This document shows, piece by piece, positions 38,801-50,838 of a stretch of DNA of 64,000 nucleotides. The translations under genes were made by a program, and so were the position numbers. Source of the DNA: Vermamoeba vermiformis (lineage: Eukaryota); the NCBI GenBank assembly GCA_045837725.1, contig JBEWZL010000238.1:434001-498000 (forward strand), read 5' to 3'. The notes beneath the pieces are model-generated. The model was not told the DNA's origin. It saw nothing but the letters and a program-made list of their open reading frames with translations, and made no database searches. The stretch's first letter is position 1, and each line of letters starts with the position of its first letter.

Positions 38801-41378
38801 GAAGAAATTGCTGAAAAGCTTCGCAAGCAATACAACTACTTTGAGTCCTACGATATCACCGTCACTCTTAGCGATTTGATCAATGCTGCTGCAGTGGTCG
38901 AGAACACTCAAGGATGCATCTTTGACGTGGTGTCGAAGAACGGTGAGACTCCGTTGCACTCACTCTGTCGCTCGTATCAGAACGACAAAGCACCTGTTGT
39001 GAAACAGCTTCTTCTCAACTCAGCCAATCCTGACATTCCGGTAATACTCGATCTCGTTGACAACCACACACCTGTCTAACATTTGTTCAGGACATCTACG
39101 GTCAAACACCGTTGTTGATCTCTTGCTTCAACCTTGATGTCAAAGTGGTGAAGAAGTTGTTGAAACAAAAAGTCAATGTCAACGCAGCTGACATGCACGG
39201 CGTGACACCAGTGCTTGCAGCGTGTCACGGATTCAACAAAGAACTCGATGACGCGAATTCTCATCAAGTCAACTCTTATCGTCTTAAACCTGACGAGGAG
39301 CGACAGATTCAAAAGGCTAAAGCGGATGTAGCGACTGCTTTTCGTCAAATCATTGCCTTGTTGGTGGAACACAATGCTGACTTCACTGTCAAGGATAAGG
39401 TAAGTCTCTTGCATTTGAGACAGCAAATTTGATGCTAACAATTGATTAGCTTACGTGGCGAACACCTTTGCACATTATTGCGGGAACAATTGTCGACTGT
39501 TCGGATCTGATCGAACGATTCGTGAAAGACCTCAAATCTGATGTCAATGCTCGGTACGTAATTGACAGGTCTGACCTGAATCCTGTCTAACATAACAATA
39601 GTGACATCCGCAACGATGCTCCTATCCACTTGGCTGTTCGCAAGTATTGTCCCAAGCACATTCGCAAATTGCTCGAGTTGGGTGCTGACATCAATGCCAT
39701 TGGCTGGAATAACCTCACACGTAAGTGACTTGGCTAGAAATTACACTAAGCACTGTTCTCATGCATCTGTTAGCCTTGCATGCGTTGTTCAAATTGAACG
39801 AGTACTCGTCGTTCAAAGGCAACGGTGAGCCCATGCGAGGAGGCTACAAGATCTTGGGCCATAGTATCGTGCATTATCACTCGTGGATTTGGAACAGCGT
39901 TGAGCTAGGGCTGCCTGTGAGCGTCAGAAACAGATTCGCTGTGCGAGTGGACACTGAAGAGAAAGAACTTGCCGATGAAATGCTCGTGGCCTTGTTCGAA
40001 CACGCGGACAAGATCGATTTTGGCATTAAAGACAACGAAGGTGCCTTGGCGCTGCATACGGTGAGTACTTCAGAAACAACCACCGGCGTGGCAATGAATG
40101 ATTTTTTGCTAACAAATTTTCTTCGGTTTTAGATGGCCGACAACTGGCGTGAAGAAGACAACCAATCAGCGATCATCGTCAACTCGGAGGTCGTGAAAAA
40201 GCTTCTCACGCCCGTACAACGCAAACTCCCCGTGCCAAATCTGTTCTTGAAGTACGCGACGAAAGAGCACTTGGCCTCAAGAGGATCTTGGTACCAAACT
40301 GCCGTGGAAAATCTCGTTCGCGTTTTCCAAGTCTATCAAGCCCCGTTCGAAGTGCCAAAAGAAGCAGCAATTCAGTTCATGAAAGACATCATTGCCAAGG
40401 GATTTGACTTTGGTTACAAGGACTCGATCATTCGTCACTTCACTTCCAACTCGCGTGATGTTTGGCCTGAGGTGCTTGAATTGATCTTCGAGAACACTCC
40501 TCGTAAGTCTTGTATCAAATATACAATTTCTTTTGTCTGTAAAAAAATGAATTTTGATGTTTATTAATGTTACTTACAGGTAAATTCTACGAATCCGCAT
40601 TCTCGAACGTGACGCCGGATAGTGAAACAACAGTGATGCACAACAGTCTCGGTTGCAAAACCGATAATCGTAGCGCAAACTCTGTGAAGCAGGCTGCCGT
40701 TATGTTGATGAAATATGTGCCGCACTTATTGAATGCTTACGACGGTAACGGCCGAACTACGCTCATTGAAGCTATCGAACGCAACACCATTAACTCATCC
40801 GAGGAGAAAATTACCAAGGTGTCAGTTACCGTTGAGGTCTTGCTCTCTCAGCCTGGTAAGTCTTATTGAACAATAGTATATTGTAGCAGTTTTTTTTGAC
40901 TTTTGTTTGCAGGCATTGAGGTGAACAAGAAGCACCGGGACAACGGCAAAACGGCTTTGCATTATGCTGCTTGTAACTCCCCGCTGACAAGCATGATCGG
41001 CTTGTTCTACAACAACCATTTCTACTACAACAATATCGGTGTAGATCTCACCATGTTGGCTCTAGTCGATGGTACGCATCCAACTCAAAAATTTTTCCTA
41101 AACTTGGCTAAAACTATTGTTTTATAGCTGGTGCCGATATGACGATCAAAGACAACGACGGAAGAACTCCTCTCGACATTTTACCTGCATTAGAGTACGT
41201 CGTCAAGGAACGCAGAAAGATGTTGTTGCGCGAAGAGAAGGTGTCGCTGATTGACAAGCCAGTGGTCATGGTCGATACGAGCGGTCAACAGAACAATGCA
41301 CTCATCTCGGCGTTCAATATCGATAAGTTGCATACTTACCAAGGGGATGATAATGATATGGGCGGTCTTTTCGATTAA
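35861..41378 (+). CDS. F-box + LRR + multiple ankyrin-repeat protein, ~20 exons
   Basis: F-box VPNDLLVEILKSF; LRRs FPNLTKLSL, CPKLEQLQM; ankyrin motifs GDSALHLA, GHNALHIT, GYTPLHYA, GETPLHSL, GKTALHYA, GRTPLD. Confidence 0.8.
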
Positions 41379-41471
41379 ACCTCCTAATCATCGTAATAAA
41401 AGTAATTTTTTATCTATTTATTCACTAGCTAAAACTTAAAACAGCAATTCAACCTTTAATTTTAAATAGAC

Positions 41472-44400
41472 CTATGCACCAATATAATCCACGATCCAAC
41501 AACACGGTCTTTCGCTGCACTTTGATGTTGACGAATGAGCTAGTCCGATGTAACACAAAACATCGCAGTTGACCTCCGGAAGCACGTGCCAGTACATGGC
41601 AATGGGTACAATGAGGGCAAGGCCTATCTGATTGCTTAGTTTAAAAGTCACCGCTCTAGCTGACACGTCTAATTTGCCAATCAGCAGCGTCGCTCCTTCA
41701 GTCAGGTGCATTAATTGGTCCGTCGTGATCTTGTAAGAATCATAACGACTGGTGTCAACATCCCAGTACTGTCGATTGTGAATTGCAATCCAACCTTGCG
41801 TAGACCACAACCATCTTGCGACTTGTTGGGTCAGACAATGCACTGCGATGAGGTTTTCAGCTGTTTGAAACCGAGAAAACAACAGATCTTTTGCAACGTC
41901 ACTGAACACGAGCTCATTCAGATGTTTAGCTTCTTGGAAGTGACTTGGGTAAATAATCGAGAGCGAATATGACAAGTTTGGCAACAATGCTTCTCCTGTG
42001 TGGTGCAAAAAAGTATCGTCAAAGCCTTCGGGTTTGTCCACGATCACTTGGAGTTGAAGGAGAGCAATCTGCAAATCTGTCTTGCCAACGTTTCTCTCGG
42101 GCCTTAGTTTTTGAATGAGAGCCAACTGGTTTGATAAATTATGACAGCATCTTGGATCGTCCAACGACAGCACGTAAAACCATTTCACGGTCTCGATCCA
42201 TCTTGGCAACTCAAATTCTAACTCCATTATGTTGCAATTCACTTCGATAAGGTTTTGCATAACTCCGCAGCAGGTTGGTTGTAGCTGTAAACTATTGGCG
42301 AAAAACGTTGCTGCACCGTGCCAATTGTTTTGCATTTTTTTGACGAAACCCATTTGAGCAACAGCCGCAGAATTACAAGATACACTGGCATTTGACACGA
42401 TTGACTCAGCCTTGATCATTGCTTCAAATGCATACTGTTCAGCCATTTGCAGTGGAGTAGTAGTGTCAAGCGTTTTCCACTCGTCTTCAGTTATCTTGTC
42501 ATTCCGTAGTGCCATGCGACTGACAAGAATAAGTAGATGGCACATTATTTCTGGTTCAACTTTCAAAGTGTTTGTGAGGCTCAAGGCGAGCTTTAGAGTT
42601 TGAAACTGATTGTGCGACCAAAGTTGAGCAATGAAAGGAGAAAACTCCGAATGATATCGCTCGAACAGTAATTTCTGGAGAGAATTCTCTGGCAGTGTGC
42701 TGAAATATTTGGCCATTGACTCGAGGTTGAGTTCTCTTATTAACTTGTCAAAGACCAGCTTGGCGACATAAGAGTGGCAAAATCTGACGGTTCTCTTGGC
42801 ATTGTCGACACTAACAAGAATCGATCGCTGTTCTTGCAAAATTTTCATGCTCACTGGCCATTTTTCGCGGTTCTTAAACCAATCCAAGCTGACATTCACA
42901 TTCGTGTAGAGCTGAACCATAGCAATCCAGAGCCAGTGTTCTTTATCCAGTAAACACTTGGCCAAACAATTCCCAACGTAAGTCTCGGCAGAGAGATCGG
43001 AGCCAAGAAAAGCGCAGACTGAGAAATCGAAAGGCGAAGCATCGTCAAGTTCCGCTGGACTCGCTGTCCTTATCCCTGTTTTGTGTCTTTCGTGAAACGC
43101 ATTTGCATTTCTCTTGTAGAAGTTTGCAACGTCAGATGGGTTATCGATTGATTTGGGCAACGGAATCTCCGTGCCGTATATCTGCCCAGAAAGAGGTCTT
43201 GTTGATTGCAATCTCTCAACGTTCCAATCAAGTGAGTGACAGCTGATGAACACTACAGTGGTTGTAGCCAACCCTTGGAGCGAGATATTCGGGATTGAAT
43301 TGTCGCGCAAAAATATGATGACTGGAGACGAAAGCGAGAGGCTCAGTTGTTGCCCGGCGCGATAGATCTTGATGAAAAGTTCTGAAGTCAATTGAATTCC
43401 ACTCTTCAACGCAAGTACTGGATGTTTCTTTGCAAGCTCGAGACACAATCTCACTGCCGCTGAACTTCCTCCTTCTCCGTGCTTGTGCACTATTTTGAGT
43501 AGGTAACATCGCTCACGAGAGCTTGCGTCAAGCCATCGCTGAATACTCTGCAGTGCTTCTTGGTGAAATTTCTGGTTCATGAGAAGCATTCGCGAGCAAT
43601 CTCGCCATGACCAATCACCGCCGCGCAAGTAATTCATCTCTGGGTCCTCATCGTCCACAATGGTTCCATTAACGCACGTGACAGGTGTAGCTGGTCTGCT
43701 TTCTTGTAAATATTGTGCAACGACATCGTAGTATTGCACTACAGTCCGCTCTTGTTCGTCAGACAAAGTCCTCAGTTTGCCATCTACATTCACGCGACAA
43801 TAATCTGGCCGAGGTAGTATCATTCCCAAATAAGGCAAGTATTCTAAAAACTCCCTTGCCGTGCACTTTATCCAAGTTGAGCGATCATCATCAGTCTGTT
43901 CAACGTCGGAGAGAACTACGCAGTTGAAGGCGGGTAGTTGATACTTCAGTTCAAAGAAAGGAAGGAGAAGTGTTTTTGTGACCACATCACTCCACAAACC
44001 GCTGCCAAAAGCTGTGACAACCAGCGTGACATTTCGGCGCTTTTTGATCTCGTCTATGAAGTTGTACAATGTGCGCGCATATAATTTTGACCAGTTTTGC
44101 TGCATTTTGCCGATAGTAAGTCCTTCGAGAGCTGCTGGGCTGGGCACATTCGCAGAAATCCATTTGAAATCTATGTCTGTGATCGGTTTCCCTTCTTCTA
44201 ATCGGCAGTACGTGAATTGAGGAAATTTCTGGTTTAATATATCAGGGCCATCAAGATAAGGTCCTTCCGCTCGTATTTTCATGTCTTGGTATGTGCGAGG
44301 AGCAGATTCGTTCCACAAGTCCTCCGCAAAGTCGAGCACGCAATTCGGTCGTAATTTGTAGCCTGATGGGAATAGTTGAGGAGTATCTTCGGGCCACGGA

Positions 44401-44558
44401 CATCGCACCCAAATGACAAATGAGGAGCGGTCTTGCATCTGCTCTAACAAAGGCGCGTAAACCTGTTCGAGCTTGGCCTTGAATGTCTGCACATCATCGA
44501 AGCATCTGACTGCCGGAGTTTCATCTATAAGACTGGTGTTCATTTGGTTGCGTATCAT
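41472..44558 (-). CDS. SAMD9-family STAND protein (SIR2-like, P-loop, TPR-like and OB-fold regions), single coding exon
   Basis: 1028-aa ORF. NYLRGGDWSW; KIVHKHGEGGSSAAVRLCLELAKKHPVLALK; PVIIFLRD; C-terminal VLCYIGLA...PCCWIV, colinear with SAMD9 motifs as recalled. Confidence 0.8.
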   Translation of the reverse strand: MIRNQMNTSLIDETPAVRCFDDVQTFKAKLEQVYAPLLEQMQDRSSFVIWVRCPWPEDTPQLFPSGYKLRPNCVLDFAEDLWNESAPRTYQDMKIRAEGPYLDGPDILNQKFPQFTYCRLEEGKPITDIDFKWISANVPSPAALEGLTIGKMQQNWSKLYARTLYNFIDEIKKRRNVTLVVTAFGSGLWSDVVTKTLLLPFFELKYQLPAFNCVVLSDVEQTDDDRSTWIKCTAREFLEYLPYLGMILPRPDYCRVNVDGKLRTLSDEQERTVVQYYDVVAQYLQESRPATPVTCVNGTIVDDEDPEMNYLRGGDWSWRDCSRMLLMNQKFHQEALQSIQRWLDASSRERCYLLKIVHKHGEGGSSAAVRLCLELAKKHPVLALKSGIQLTSELFIKIYRAGQQLSLSLSSPVIIFLRDNSIPNISLQGLATTTVVFISCHSLDWNVERLQSTRPLSGQIYGTEIPLPKSIDNPSDVANFYKRNANAFHERHKTGIRTASPAELDDASPFDFSVCAFLGSDLSAETYVGNCLAKCLLDKEHWLWIAMVQLYTNVNVSLDWFKNREKWPVSMKILQEQRSILVSVDNAKRTVRFCHSYVAKLVFDKLIRELNLESMAKYFSTLPENSLQKLLFERYHSEFSPFIAQLWSHNQFQTLKLALSLTNTLKVEPEIMCHLLILVSRMALRNDKITEDEWKTLDTTTPLQMAEQYAFEAMIKAESIVSNASVSCNSAAVAQMGFVKKMQNNWHGAATFFANSLQLQPTCCGVMQNLIEVNCNIMELEFELPRWIETVKWFYVLSLDDPRCCHNLSNQLALIQKLRPERNVGKTDLQIALLQLQVIVDKPEGFDDTFLHHTGEALLPNLSYSLSIIYPSHFQEAKHLNELVFSDVAKDLLFSRFQTAENLIAVHCLTQQVARWLWSTQGWIAIHNRQYWDVDTSRYDSYKITTDQLMHLTEGATLLIGKLDVSARAVTFKLSNQIGLALIVPIAMYWHVLPEVNCDVLCYIGLAHSSTSKCSERPCCWIVDYIGA

Positions 44559-45077
44559 TCAGGTCTGCAAAGAAAAATTAAAATAATTTTGAAATTTTCA
44601 GCATTATTATCGCCTACGTTTCGGAGCCAGGAAAATTTTTATCGTTGTTATTCATTTTTTTTCAACTTCTGGAGTAATATCCTGAAAAGGAGGTTAAGCA
44701 TTCATTTCAAATCCGCGATCGCGGGTTTCTTTTGTTTACCATGAACGCAATAACCTAAGCTTGCGACGAAAAATATTACTATTGATATGGATGTAGAATG
44801 GAAACGGCGAACACGCAAATGAAAGAAATATCGTGTACTTTCTTTGTCACGATTTTCTCTCAGCCGGCTGAAAAAATTAACCACTCGTTAACTCAACTCG
44901 TAATTTTTACCTGTGTAGGACATAGCAATATGCCATGAGCTTAAAATAGCTATATCTTCAATTGACATGTTACTGATGACTGGGAACATCGCATCCAAAA
45001 TTAGACCTCTGTTATTACTTCTGAAGTGAAATGATTCGCTCAATTACTTTTCAATACGATATATAATACCATAGGCT

Positions 45078-47353
45078 ATGGCTTTGTTGCTAGTTACCGG
45101 GAGTGTGTTAAGGAAAATGCAACTGTTGACAGCAGTGATTCTATTTTCCTTGTCCGTTGGCAACAGTGCACCACTAGGGTTTTCGTATCATCGAAGCCAC
45201 CCCAAAACCCAAGGTAAACAATATCACATTTGGCAAATCGCTCGTAATAGATTTTAATGAGGTTGTCCTTGGATTTGATCTACCTGTGCTTAAGGCATCA
45301 AATAACAATCAAATTTATAATTTACTAATTTTTATTAAATTATTTTCTCGCAAATTAATCTTAAATAATTGTTTTAACCCTATTTAGTTATAGATGTGCC
45401 AATTTATCAGACAAAATGGTACTTGCAAACACTCGATCACTTCAATTTCTATACTCAACCAACTACATTTTATCAACGCTACTTAATAAATGGTAAGTGG
45501 AGTAACATCGTTATTAGCACAATCAGTAAATTGATTTTCAACAACAGATCAGTTTTTTCAGCCTGGTGGCCCGATTTTGTTTTTTACTGGCAATGAAGGA
45601 GACATTACGATGCTTTGGAATAACAGTGGATTTTTATTCACGCTGGCTGAGGAGTTTAGTAAGTAACGCGGATGTAAGGAAAACTGAATCTAACTCTTTT
45701 CTTTTGCGTAGATGGCTATATAATATTCGCTGAACATCGTTACTACGGAGAATCATTACCGTTTGGAGAATACTCGTTTACACCACAAAACATCAGCTAC
45801 TTAAGCGCGGAACAAGGGTTGGCCGATTACGCAATGGTAGCGGACTTTAAGTACGAACAATACGCCATTAAATGACATTATATTAATGCTCGATATATAG
45901 ACAATCGATACCGGAATTGACTGGTAGCAAAGTCATTACTTTCGGCGGATCGTACGGTGGAATGTTAGCAGCGTGGTTTAGAATCAAGTACCCGCACCTC
46001 GTAGACGTAAGTTGGATTAGAATAAGTGTTAGTATTTAATTTGATATTTAGGGAGCGCTATCCTCTTCTGCACCTCTCAATCAATTCCCTGGTTTGACAG
46101 ATCCCGGGCTTGCGTTCAAACTAGCCACGAGAGATTTCACCAAGTACCCATAATCATCAATACTTGTCACGCCGTTTGCTTATGTATCCGATTAATTAGT
46201 GTTTCTCCGCAATGCTCTGATAGAATTCGTCGTGCCAATCAACTGCTCGACAAGTTGGTTGTCAATGCGAGTGAGTAACAGCTGTCTCCAATCTAATCTT
46301 AGCAATTTGTAATTTCCTTATTAGGCAACTACGCGTACTTGACTAAGACGTTCTCGTTGTGCTCGCCAATCGAGTCTGCAGCTCAAATTGAAGCCTTCAA
46401 GTACTGGATCATGTTCGGCTTGTTGTGCGTACAAACCACTCGCTCCTTTTATTTGCAATACTAACGAAGCTGCGGCATATGTATAGTACTACAGCTATGA
46501 CGGACTATCCCTATCCCACGAACTTCATTGAACCCTTGCCTGCCTGGCCTGTCAAAGTGTCGTGCCGCGCTGTTCTGGAAGTACGGAAAAATTCATTTAC
46601 CTTTGCAATACGAGTGCTTAAAGACCTTTTAATAGGCCGATTCTGATATGGATGGATTGGTGGCTGCCTTGGGTGGTAAGTAAATGTGATTCTGGTTTGT
46701 ACTTTTCTAACTCGGCGGCAGTCTACTACAACAGCAGCGGTAGCAAACAATGCTTCGACTACACTCACCCATTCAGCATTGGAGTGGGCGCTACTGCCTG
46801 GAACTATCAGGTACGACACTACAACCACTCCTAAGTGACTATCACAAACTGACGTAATGTACAGACCTGCACCGAATTCGTGCTGCCAATCGGATCTAAT
46901 GGAATAGAAGGTATTATATATGAACATATCGGACGAATAGGAATAATAATAACGTTCTATGCAGATATGTTCGGGTCTAATCCTTGGAACGTCGATAAAG
47001 TCGCAGCACAATGTTTGCAGAAATGGGGCACCGTTATAAGGTACCTAAATGCTACGAATTTTCTAATTTGTATAGTCGCTGACAGCTTTAATAGACCTAG
47101 ATGGATCCCACTGTGGTCAGGGGCTGACCAATTGAAAGCTAGTTCGAACATCATCTTTAGTAACGGAGATCTGGATCCGTGGCACGGAAGCGGTGTGAAA
47201 GAGAATATAGGCAGCTCTATATACGCACTGCTGATTAAGGACGCAGCACATCATTTAGACCTTCGTGCGCCTGATCCACGCGATCCTGATACGGTCGTTC
47301 AAGCTCGCATGACCGAAATGAACATCATTCGTGGCTGGCTCAAAGAAAACTAG
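45078..47353 (+). CDS. Peptidase S28 (lysosomal Pro-X carboxypeptidase/DPP7-like)
   Basis: [33 protein letters not shown] nucleophile elbow, [20 protein letters not shown]; signal peptide (alternative start at 45117). Confidence 0.95.
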
Positions 47354-47511
47354 ATAAATAAACAAGTCGAATGTATGTGCACATTTAATGAATGATGTTC
47401 ATTAGTATTAGTGTTACTTACTTTTTTGTACGCCCTAGAGAAATTCCGTCAAAAAAAATTTGTATTTATCTGTATTCATGTGATAAGAAGAGACCACACC
47501 AACTCACGATC

Positions 47512-48469
47512 ATGTTTGCGAGTGAATTTGCAAGATTAACGTCGAAACTATTCGTCGGTGCCGCTGCTTGTGCGTGGGGATTTGGTGCGGCCACTTTATT
47601 GTAAGTAATACAGGGCTATTTACGCAGAAATAATTAATAAATAATTATAGCACAAATTATCCGTTGCCAGAATGGTTAACAAATCGATTTAAATGGAATT
47701 TACTGTCGCCTGCACAAGTTGAATATTGTAAAAATCAACTGCGGGCTCAAGGTAATTTAACAAAGCTAATAATGAACTCATATAATATCGGATATTTATA
47801 AAAAATATTCCAATTTTTTCTGCGCTTATTAGGGCTGCTGATCTGATAATTTTTTCAGGCGTGTCAAATGTAGATAAATTCAATTATTACTCGTCACACG
47901 ACCTGACAGGATCATACGTTAATAACCTTGGATTAAATATTATCGTCCCCCCTCAATTTGTGGCCTCAGCCATGAGTTCCATTGGCACGGTTTATGCTGT
48001 CATGGAAGATCCGCTCATTAAAAATAAGAAAATTGGCGATATTGACCGAATAATTCAAAACAATCCACCAAATATTACAGTTAATACGATTATCAACAAT
48101 ACAAAGGAAACCAAGCAGCCAAACAAGACATCAGAATTCAGATCGATCGCAGATTTGAAAAATTTGAGTCATTCAACCGCCAATAGTACCAATAATAATC
48201 CACCACCAGCACGAAGAAGTCGATTTTGGAACTGGCTGTTAAAAGACGATGAAAACAATATTTACAAGTTCCAAACAGTCATCAACACTGAAGAAGATAA
48301 AAAGCACGTGACTGGCGAGGACTGGCGCCAGCTATTTATGGAAAAATATCAAAAAATTCCGCTCACGACAGCGGAGCAACAATTAGCGTGGAAATACATG
48401 GCGATTGGAATTAATGAACGACACGATGAATATGTGCTGTGGGCCAGCGGTACGTATTTTCATGAATAA
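47512..48469 (+). CDS. Hypothetical protein, multi-exon, with N-terminal hydrophobic segment
   Basis: ATG at 47512, canonical introns, 202-aa last ORF; no family recognised. Confidence 0.55.
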
Positions 48470-48696
48470 TACGAAATTGTACGAATACATTTGTATATTA
48501 TACTTCGTTTTGCGGTATTATCGGCTCCATTTATTTTGCGCATCCGGTTGCAAAAATTCTGTGGCGGATCTTTCTTTTTGCTTGATCATGAGGCCTTTTG
48601 AAATAAATTAGACTTATTCTATTCCCTATTCCTTAATAACACCATTTTCATCTGCTAGGAGCATCGTTATTTGGCACGCTATTGTTTGAAACCAAA

Positions 48697-49002
48697 ATGA
48701 AGCACTACAAAAAAGAAGGCATGCTCATTTTAGCTCCAATTATCGCCGTCATATCCATCGCCTCGCTGTCATTTTATTTCCAGTCAAGAATGGTCAAAGA
48801 GATTTGCAAGGATAATGTTGCTGAGAATGCCAAATTAGGAATGCAACACGCAGAGGTCGAGCGACGATATAATTTGATTAATAAGAAACAACAGCAGTCG
48901 TTGTTTATTACGAGGAGTGGAAATGATTTGACCTTGTTTGGAGCTCCTTTGACGAGACGGATCAAGTTGTACAAAGAAAAGCTCGATCAATACCAGCAAT
49001 AA
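48697..49002 (+). CDS. Small hypothetical single-pass membrane protein
   Basis: ORF with TM segment MLILAPIIAVISIASLSFYF followed by a coiled region; AATAAA overlaps the stop. Confidence 0.5.
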   Translation: MKHYKKEGMLILAPIIAVISIASLSFYFQSRMVKEICKDNVAENAKLGMQHAEVERRYNLINKKQQQSLFITRSGNDLTLFGAPLTRRIKLYKEKLDQYQQ

Positions 49003-49221
49003 ACACTTGTTCATTATAACAGGCCGCAACATTTTAATTGAATCAATATTTTGCCGTTGAATAGCACACTTCCTGATACCACACTGTTTCAACTTTGGTG
49101 GTGTTCTGTAAAAAACTTGACACGTGTCAACCAAATATCCCGTAAATTACGCACGTTTTTGCCTTGCTTGTCAAGAGCTTAGATGCAGATGATAGCACAA
49201 CGAGCTTAATAGAGATAAAAT

Positions 49222-50750
49222 ATGCGGAGGAATATATTTCTTTTCGGATTTGCGTTTGTGTTTATTGCAGCGATTGTGACACTTGTTCGACTGGATCTGT
49301 TATGGAAATATCAAGAACCGTATATTATCGTGGATAATTGTTATACTAATGGGACAAAAAGGTATATATATATCAGTTTTATGGAAAAAACAGTTAAGAT
49401 CTGCGATTTAGTTTAAACCAAGGCCTGACTTACAATTAATATTAGGGATGATAGAGCATTTGCAACCATTATTACGCCAGACGGAGAGGATTGGGCCCTG
49501 GCGCTGGCGCAAAATTTTGTTGATAAAAAATCAAAATATCAATTACTGATTTTAGTCGTCAATATGTAAGTTCTAAATAACGGGTATATTTTTTAAAATT
49601 TTAATAATTAATTTTACGCTAGGAATGGAAGCACGACGATTTCTGAAGAATTCAACCGCAAGGCAAAATTGCTGAATGCCAAACCAGTTCTTCTCGAAAA
49701 AGCACCAATGGCACCAACTGTCAAGCCCAGGTTTGAGTAAGAATCCTTTTCACAATCCGAATAATTACGGATTTTTCTAGACGGCAATTATTAAGTGCCA
49801 CTAAATCATTACTAGAATGTGGTCAGTGGCTTGGAACAAATTGTCAGCGTGGAAACAATTAACGAATTACTCGAAAATCGCTCTGCTCGACGTCGACATG
49901 ATGCTGTTAAAAAACGCGGACGAGTTACTTGACATGCCTGACATTTCATTCGGTAAGCGTTTTGTATTTCCATCATATAATACGCACCACTGTATTGATA
50001 TGCTTCAACAAGTTAATTTGTTATCTTACTAAAAAAAGGATTTCTCGGGGGTGACACGCACCTTAACAAAACTGAAATTACCATTGAAATGAAATGCTAA
50101 CATAATGCGCCAATAGGGATGACCTCCTGCGTTCCTTGCGAAGAGCCGTACAGTCTCAATGGCGGGCTGTTGGTGTTCGAGCCTTCAATTGTGACCTACC
50201 ACAAACTCATGAAATTGTCTCAGGAACCTAGTCCTGATAACTGGTACGTTATTTATTTGGCCAACATGCCAATAAGATATCTATTTACTTTCGCCGGGCA
50301 TATTATTTATGTCCCAGATCTGCACCAAGCATGCGATCGTGCACCAGATCTGATCAGTGATTCAATTTTGAGTAGGAAGGAGTCGGAACAACAGCTGATC
50401 AAAGAGTTCTGTACCGTTAGAGAGCCTGAAAGAGCGCACGTATTGAGCAGAATTTACAACACTAACGTCAATTCATGCCACTGTATGGAGAAAACAGCTT
50501 GGCCGTACGTCAAGATCTTGCATTGGATGTGCGACGGAACAGTAAGTCGACGATAATCACCCTATGAATCATAATATCTTATTTTACTAAGACCGGAAAA
50601 CCGTGGCACTGGACTAGAGAAAAAATTGAAACCGATCTAAAAACAATAGCCAACACTGATCCGACCAAAAAATGTGTGCACGAATTTAACTTACAATGGC
50701 ACAATAACTATGAGCGTGCAATGGCGAATACTGCTTCTGTTAAAGCGTAA
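49222..50750 (+). CDS. Glycosyltransferase family 8 (glycogenin-like fold), type II membrane protein
   Basis: N-terminal TM; WNKLSAW, LLDVDMMLLKNADELL (DxD), LNGGLLVFEP, EQQLI, KILHW...KPW. Confidence 0.9.
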
Positions 50751-50838
50751 TTGTACAATAAATTAATTTGGATTTAACTAACTAAAGAGGAAATGTGCTC
50801 GGGCCATTAATTTTACTCAAACTAACCAACCACTACAA

